A stretch of DNA of 64,000 bases from Euglena gracilis. Lineage: Eukaryota. The translations under genes and the position numbers were made by a program. A model generated the notes under the pieces. It worked only from the letters and a program-made list of their open reading frames with translations, did not search any database and was not told the origin of the DNA. Of this stretch, positions 49,159 to 64,000 are shown one piece after another. The DNA lies in contig CP154954.1 in NCBI GenBank assembly GCA_039621445.1, forward strand, positions 4,330,714-4,394,713, given 5' to 3'. Every line of letters begins with the position of its first letter. Position 1 is the first letter of the stretch.

Positions 49159-52100
49159 TCACGCGTAGGAGCAGCAGCCGCCCTGCTTCTTCACAACGGG
49201 CTCGTCGTCCACAATGCGGATGCCGGCCCCCTTCCGGCCGTACACGCCGCTGCCGAGGCCCCGCGACGTCCCAGGCGGCTCTTTGGACCAGACATTCATT
49301 TAGCGTGGTGAACCACGATCTTTGTAGTGTCCACAGACGAAACACACAAACAGTTTCGCATCCACAAATGAAGTACAGGAAAATAGATATACGCCGTGTG
49401 TATATGTCTGTGTACATACACATACATTAGACGCATATTGTATATGAATGAAATATTTGCACTCGTAATACAATACGTACGGTGTTGCATGCACACGTGT
49501 CCTTGAGGACCCAGGGCGGATGCTGGCTAGGACTAGAATTTTGGGCTGGCCAACCCGCCCCAGGAGGGGGGGGAGGAGCTGGACCCTAGCTTGATATGAG
49601 CTGGGCTGGGCTCGGTCGAAATGGGGCGATTGCCAAAAATAATGACCCGCGAAACACAGTTTTGAAAAGATTGAGATCGATCTCAATCTCAGATCTGACA
49701 ACTCCCAAAAAAAAAGAACACCCAAAACACCCAAAACACACCATTTTTTGGCCATCTCTGAACACCTTTTTCCATATATACATACAACATGTACACATAC
49801 ACGCAGCGGAACACGGGAAGGATTAGAAGCATATGGACTCCTATTCCCCTATCTCCCCCAAACCACCGCCTGAGTGGGGTCATGGAGGCCTTCCGGGACC
49901 GCACTGCCACCATTCCTGCCGAATGGCCATCGATGGTGCAACAGGCCAACAAAAATCCTGAGGGGTTCCATTGCAGGCATATACGGGAAGGAAGTTAGAA
50001 TTTCAAATTAAATTGAATTTTTGCATAATTAATGGCCTGGATAAAAATGAAAATGAAAAAAAAACAATATAGGTAACTTGATTATCTCCCCAAAATAAAA
50101 CCAGATGGCTCTCTAAAGAGCAAACAAACGATGGGATCCCTGATAATATAATAAACGTTGAAAACAGCAGAAACAAAAGCAGTGCCAGCCAGATGTTTAA
50201 AATGGGATGCACGCGTGAGCCGTTCGTATGAAATTACGAAGGCATACTGCGGGTCAGGGCCACGAACGCCTCCGCCACGTTCTTGTTCAGCTTGGCGGAG
50301 GTCAGGCAGTGCTCCGCCCCCACTGACTTGCAGTACCTGCAGCGGGAAACCACCCGGTCCGACCCCCTTCGCACCCCGAGGGTTGGCTTCGTCCGGACCA
50401 TTGGAGTTGCCTTCTGCCTCCCCCCTCCCAACATAAACGCTTATTCTGGTGAAAAGCAGTGCTCGTGTTTGCCCACTGGCAGTGCTCCACCGGGACAGAA
50501 CCGCGGCATTAATGTGGAGCACGTCCCGTGATTCAAAGAGAGAGGGATGGTGCCCATCCGCCCCACCGACCAGATTCCTCCAACCCCCAGCCAGAGGGGG
50601 GGGTCATACCAGGCGGTGGTCGCACGACCAAATGCAAAAAAAAACCCCACCTTAGGTCATCTACAACCCAGGACCCGGGGGGGTTTGACGGGCAAGGGGG
50701 GTCCATACCCAACGGCGTCCTCCTGCGACACTTGCCGGTGCCGCTCCAGGTCGCACTTGTTGCCACAGACCACCACCTCGATCACACTGCCATTTTGACC
50801 CAGAAGAGATTTCAGAAGTCCCGAGATGGGACTCCCCACGGCGGAGTCCATCCGCCGTCGAAATGCACAGATGGGGGTTGAAGTTAAAGGCTTGCAAAAA
50901 CTTGTTGGCTGGTGAGGGGAAATAACCCCAACGGACCGAACCCCACAGTCGAACCATTGGCATTGGCCTCCTTTTTTGGGAACATGTAATTTATGTCCAT
51001 TTTTTTCCAACAGTGGCAAAGTCATATTTAAGAAATTTGTGCGGCAGTGTCAATGACCCCCCACCCCACGAGCAGCGAGTCACCCTGTTCCTCGGGTTCA
51101 GGGGGATTTGTTCTGGGTCGTTGGGCATCTTCTTTTGCTTCCACCTCACTTTCTTCGCCTGATGACAAAAAAAAACGGCATAACGTAAAATTTGTCCAGA
51201 CGTTGTTTGTTTGGCTTGGATGCATTTCGTTAGATAACCTATCCCCTTATGTTGTAAATTGGCTCAGAAGGCTCCGTGCGGATAATTGGCTATGACGATC
51301 CCGGAGGTCGTACCGACCATGGTCGGACCGACCTAGGTCGGGCCGACCATTGGCTATGGCCTATCGACCATTGGAGGTCGGGCCGACCTGGTCGGCCCGA
51401 CCTCCAATCATCCGCATTACCCCCCCTTTTTTGGAAATTTAAGCCCCCCCCCCCCCTCAAAATTTGATTCGGCAAATTTGACTCAAAAAGGATGGAAACA
51501 CACCTTGAAACTGTCAAAAAGCATCCCATATGATAAAAAAAAGGAAAACGCGAACTTAGTCGGTCCGGGGGGGGCTGCCGCCCCCGGACCCCCCCGCCTA
51601 AAATAACAAAATCCCCTTGTGTGTGCAAGGCAAGGATGGCCAAAACGCGCCCCCCAACAAACTCCTTTTGTGTGCCCCCAGGTAGGTAAAATAGCCCATC
51701 TGTATGTTCCACAGGGTTTGGCCAAGGGTTTTTATGCTTCTGAAATGGAAAACCATGGAGGTCGTTTCTACCGACCATAATGGTCGGTAACAAACAGGTC
51801 GGGCCGACCATGGTCTGCCCGACCTATACCGACCTATAGTCAAAAATCCTTTGAAATTTTTGAAAAAGGGGGGGGGGTAATGCGGTTAATTGGCTAGTCG
51901 GCCCGACCTCCAGTGGTCGGCCCGACCTAGGTCGGGGCGACCATGGTCGGGCCGACCAATGGTCGGGCCGACCTAGGTCGTTACGACCTCCAGGATCGTC
52001 ATAGCCAATTATCCGCCCGGGGCCGGCTCGGAAACTGCAAGGCATCAACATGCCTCTATCTTTCTCGACGTCCGGTTGATCCCAGCTTTCTAAAATCAGC

Positions 52101-54566
52101 GGGGAGGGGGGGGGCAGGGGGGCAGCCCAACGGGAAAAATATATTTCTCCGGCGCTGCACGTGGAGGTGGTCTGCACTGAAATTTCCGACTGGAATCGGA
52201 AGCTGAGGGCTTCTGATGGCGGATCCAATCATTCCGCCCATACCAGAGAAGAAACCCCACCCTGCGACCTCCCGAGGACATGGGACATGGGGGGGGGGGT
52301 CCAGCTAGTGGCTATTTTCCAGTGTCAGCAAAATGGCTAGCCATTGACTCCTGGGGTCTTTAAGGAAGAATGGGGATTCTACTCACTTCCACCTCGGAAC
52401 TAGTCCAAATTTGGACTACTGACTAATGGAAATCCTAGGGAAGGGGGGTCCGCTGGCAGGGCTAGCTAATAGAAAATATTCTTCAAGTGACCAGCGAGAA
52501 CCACCGAAAATAATTTTTGGACCCCCAAAACTGGCCAAAAATGCCCATTTCGGCCATTTTTTTTGGAACAAAATGTGCCAAAAAATATTTGATCCCCCCA
52601 CCGAGGGGTACTGCAAACCCTTAACCTGAAGCCTGCCTGCAAAAAATCCCATTTCCTCCAGAAACCCCTCCATTTTCATTTTTGGAAACCAGACAACAAA
52701 AAGAAAGACAATATTATCTGTCTGGGTTCAGGAGTGCTCATCAGGGCCACTCGGAGGGAGGGTTGTGGTTATTGTCCGGGGGTTCATTTTGATAAAGGAA
52801 AAAAGACAGCCTGTACTCGATGTCGTCCCCGACCACCGACTTCAGCTCCTTAATCCAATGCTTCACCCGCTCGAACGTGAGAACCAGGCTTCACCATATC
52901 ACCAAGGCGCCAAAATTCAGGGCAACAACATCACATCAGGAACAACAATGAACCATGAAAAAAAAAAGTTGCCACTACTACTGTTCTACGCATATGCACT
53001 AGTGCTTCCCACCCTTGTTCCAGCAGCGTAGATGGAAATAGCTGGCGGAAACGAATAATAAAGAGGATCAAATAAAAATGAATGGTGTCAGTTCTCTCGA
53101 GGGCACAAAGACAACCTGAGCCTTGAACCAGAGAGGGGGGATCGGAAGGAGGCATTTGCTTAAGGACCCCGGGGGGGGGGGGTCCGGGGGTGCCCCGGAC
53201 TGGAAAAAAAATTTACCCCAACGCTGCGCGCGGAAGGAAAAATGAGGTTTTAATAGGTTTTTGGCTGATTTTGCTCCAAAAATTCCCAAAAATGGCCAAA
53301 AACGGGCATTTTGGGCCATTTTTGGGGGTCCGAAAAAAATTTTCGGCGCTTCGCGCCGGTCACTGGAAAAAAAAAATTCCACTAGCTGGCCCTGCTAGCA
53401 GACCCCCCCGGGGGGGGGGTCTGCTAGAAAGCCAAATTTGGACTAGCTGCCCCCCCCCGGGGGGGGTACTGCAATCCCTTAAGCAAATGCCTGATCGGAA
53501 GCCGTGTGTGAACAACAGCTAGTACAAAACACAGGAAAAGTGCTGGCGACAGGAGCGGCGAGCAAGAAGCCAGGGGTGGTCCGGGAACAAGGAAGGAGAG
53601 GCCTGATCTCAGCGTCGGTGATGTCGTACACGAGCAACGCGCCTGGTGGGGCGGACACTCAGGGAGTCGCAACGAACACAACGCAACACAATGTAATCCG
53701 ATGTGCATTGGAATAGAAATGGAGCCCGAGAATATGAAATGGAAAAAGAAGAAGATGGCGTGAGAAGCCCCCCTGGGTGAAGAGGGTGGGGCGGGAGTGG
53801 GGACGGGGGCGGAGAATACCGTTGGCGTCGCGGTAGTAGATGGGCCCGAGGGCGTGGAACCGCTCTTGGCCAGGGCTGTGCGGGTGGTCATCCAGAGTCC
53901 CAAACCCAGTTACGCCCAATCACGCCCAATCACGCCCCATCATTTTATCGGTGCTTCGTGGCGGCGATCGACCACCGTCACCCATTGGGGTTTCGGGCAT
54001 TCATTCCCGCACAGCCCTGTTCCTGGCCAGCGGTGTCCCAGATAGCGATGGTGACTACCTGGTCCTCGATCTGCAGCCGCTTCTTGGAGTACATGTTGGC
54101 CTACGGGGCCCAACCGGAGACGATTGGGGCAGAGTGCTAGGCAAAGAGTTGAAGAATGGCAAAAAAAAAAAAGACTCAGAATTACACACAGATGGAAAGA
54201 TTGCTTTACAAGAGGCTGCGAAGCGGTTTTTTTTTACGTTTTTCTGGCTGAAGATATAAAAAAAACCAAAAATTTCAAATGGCCAAAAGACTTGTCGTGC
54301 AAATAAAGGGCAATATGTCGCACAAATAAACACCTGCACCGGATGATTGAAAAAAACTCAAACATTCCAGTGTGCATTTCTTGTTCTGCACATGGAACAG
54401 AAACGTACAGGGGTCTCACAAAAGAAACAGGCGGGAAAAACAAAACACAAACCTGCACTGTGGTTTGCTCCTTTTCAGAAAAGTCATCCACGGTGTACCG
54501 CCGGACGAGGGAAGTCTTACCCACTCGGCCCTCTCCGAGCAGGCAGATCTTGTAGTGGTCCGACAT
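49159..54566 (-). CDS. RAB21: Rab21 small GTPase, 9 exons, 218 aa
   Basis: Exons: 54453-54566, 54023-54100, 53820-53865, 53609-53642, 52817-52879, 50709-50777, 50248-50336, 49876-49915, 49159-49282 (sum 657 nt). Motifs GEGRVGKTSL, WDTAGQERFHALGPIYYR (Rab21-type), GNKCDL, TSAK, and C-terminal CCSYA prenylation signal. Confidence 0.93.
49283..49875 (-). other. Nonconventional intron (RAB21 intron 8)
   Basis: ACT-CAGGCG ... TGTCTG-GTCCAA (N6 variant); needed to reach the CCSYA terminal frame; junction +/-2 nt. Confidence 0.6.
50778..52816 (-). other. Intermediate/nonconventional intron (RAB21 intron 5)
   Basis: GTA-CAGGCTGTC ... GGCAGTGTG-ATCGA; GT start but no in-frame AG end; ATCGAG repeated at both junctions. 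Confidence 0.8.
51274..52020. mobile_element. Long-TIR (foldback-like) element in RAB21 intron 5
   Basis: ~45-bp TIR GCGGATAATTGGCTATGACGATCCCGGAGGTCGTACCGACC followed by arrays of GGTCGG.CCGACC at both ends. Confidence 0.8.
52880..53608 (-). other. Nonconventional intron (RAB21 intron 4)
   Basis: GAT-CAGGCCTC ... GAAGCCTG-GTTCT; removal gives DITDADTFERV. Confidence 0.8.
53149..53493. mobile_element. hAT-like MITE (family B) in RAB21 intron 4
   Basis: GAGGCATTTGCTTAAGG / CCTTAAGCAAATGCCTG; perfect TSD ATCGGAAG; similar to 12403-12732. Confidence 0.9.
53866..54022 (-). other. Nonconventional intron (RAB21 intron 2)
   Basis: GAA-CAGGGCTGTGCGGG ... CCCGCACAGCCCTG-GCCAA; perfect 14-bp terminal inverted repeat; removal gives WDTAGQ|ERF. 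Confidence 0.9.
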
Positions 54567-54568
54567 CG

Positions 54569-54612
54569 CTGCAAAAATTGCATAACACAAACGTAACAAA
54601 ATAAAAGAGAGT
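54569..54612 (-). promoter_or_regulatory. Probable spliced-leader trans-splice acceptor for RAB21
   Basis: U-rich tract ending TTTTTGCAG 2 nt before the ATG; SL trans-splicing is established in Euglenozoa. Confidence 0.45.
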
Positions 54613-55021
54613 GTGCTTCTGCTGAGTGGTTGGCGTGTTGGGGCGCTTCCAGGTCTGGCTCCACCACTCCATGCAGGTTGAGAAACCCATCAGCCCACAC
54701 CAAGGCCACCCTTAATAAACATCCAAGAGATTGAGGTTGCAGGCTGCGGAGGCAAGCACAGACTGGAATTCGCAGTCGGCATGGGAAGTCGGCCGGATTT
54801 GGGTTATGGACACTCTGGCAGGGAACTGTGCGGGTCTAGCGGCTGGCGGACCGTTATCTTGTTGAAGCACAATTCAATGGGTAGTCGCAGGCAGAGCTCA
54901 TTCGAGGGTCAACTGTCCGCACACGACCGGCAGTGTGGTTGGATAGGGGGTACGCGAGGAGGCCGGGTTGAGGAGAGGGTGCAACATTGAAGGTTGGGAG
55001 TGGGGGGGGGGGGTTCGCCAG

Positions 55022-63575
<8,554 letters not shown>

Positions 63576-63972
63576 CTGGTGCAGGGGGGGGGGATGGAAG
63601 TCCAGCGGAAAATATGATGTGCCGGCTCTTCTATGACAAACGGCAAGGAACGGGAAAAACCACGAATGTTCACCACCGGTTTGGGCAGTGAATTGAACAC
63701 GTTTTTTTTGCCAGAAAATTGGTGCACAACTGGACTTTTGCATCAAAATGGGAGAAAATGCGCTCCCCCAGCCAGGTTAGTTATGTTGGCTTCTTCCCGA
63801 TGTGTTATATACTGACAAAAACAGTAATGGGTTCACACACGTTACCGTAGTGTTAGCTATTGTTTATGACAGAAGCACACGGTTTCCCTTGTGTGCATGC
63901 AAAATGGATGTGTGTGTGTGTGTGTGTGTGTTTCCACCACCTCCCTCCTCCCCTGTCTGTTGTCTCTTGGGT

Positions 63973-64000
63973 CAGGCATTTGCTTAAGGACCCCGGGGGG
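63973..64000. mobile_element. Left end of a family B MITE, truncated by the window edge
   Basis: CAGGCATTTGCTTAAGGACCCCGGGGGG matches the family B terminus. Confidence 0.75.

Overview
Eukaryotic nuclear DNA, most likely a euglenid (Euglenozoa). The inference rests on short GC-rich exons split by a mixture of conventional GT-AG introns and euglenid-type nonconventional introns, which lack GT/AG and whose ends base-pair, typically N3-CAG...CTG-N5/6. Reconstructed by hand, all on the minus strand: a PUF60/half-pint-like RRM-RRM-UHM splicing factor (5' end outside the window, to 55022), Rab21 (54566-49159, 9 exons, 218 aa), HSD17B10-type 3-hydroxyacyl-CoA dehydrogenase (43979-34268, 9 exons, 258 aa) and a probable tandem-BRCT protein (32307 to at least 25712). 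A weakly supported unknown gene may lie at 44-48 kb. Introns and intergenic DNA are packed with MITEs, most with CAG(G)...(C)CTG termini and 8-bp target-site duplications (hAT-like), plus microsatellites and a decayed ~12-25 kb tandem duplication array. Two highlights: (1) a pair of ~280-bp direct repeats at 8.7 and 9.6 kb, each carrying a type III hammerhead ribozyme fold with a 10-bp loop-loop kiss, i.e. a retrozyme-like element; (2) the geometry of the nonconventional introns (3 nt + CAG..CTG + 5 nt) equals a CAG-ended MITE plus one 8-bp TSD, and Rab21 introns 2 and 5 still show relic TSDs. All splice sites are manual inferences from protein homology, not transcript-verified.
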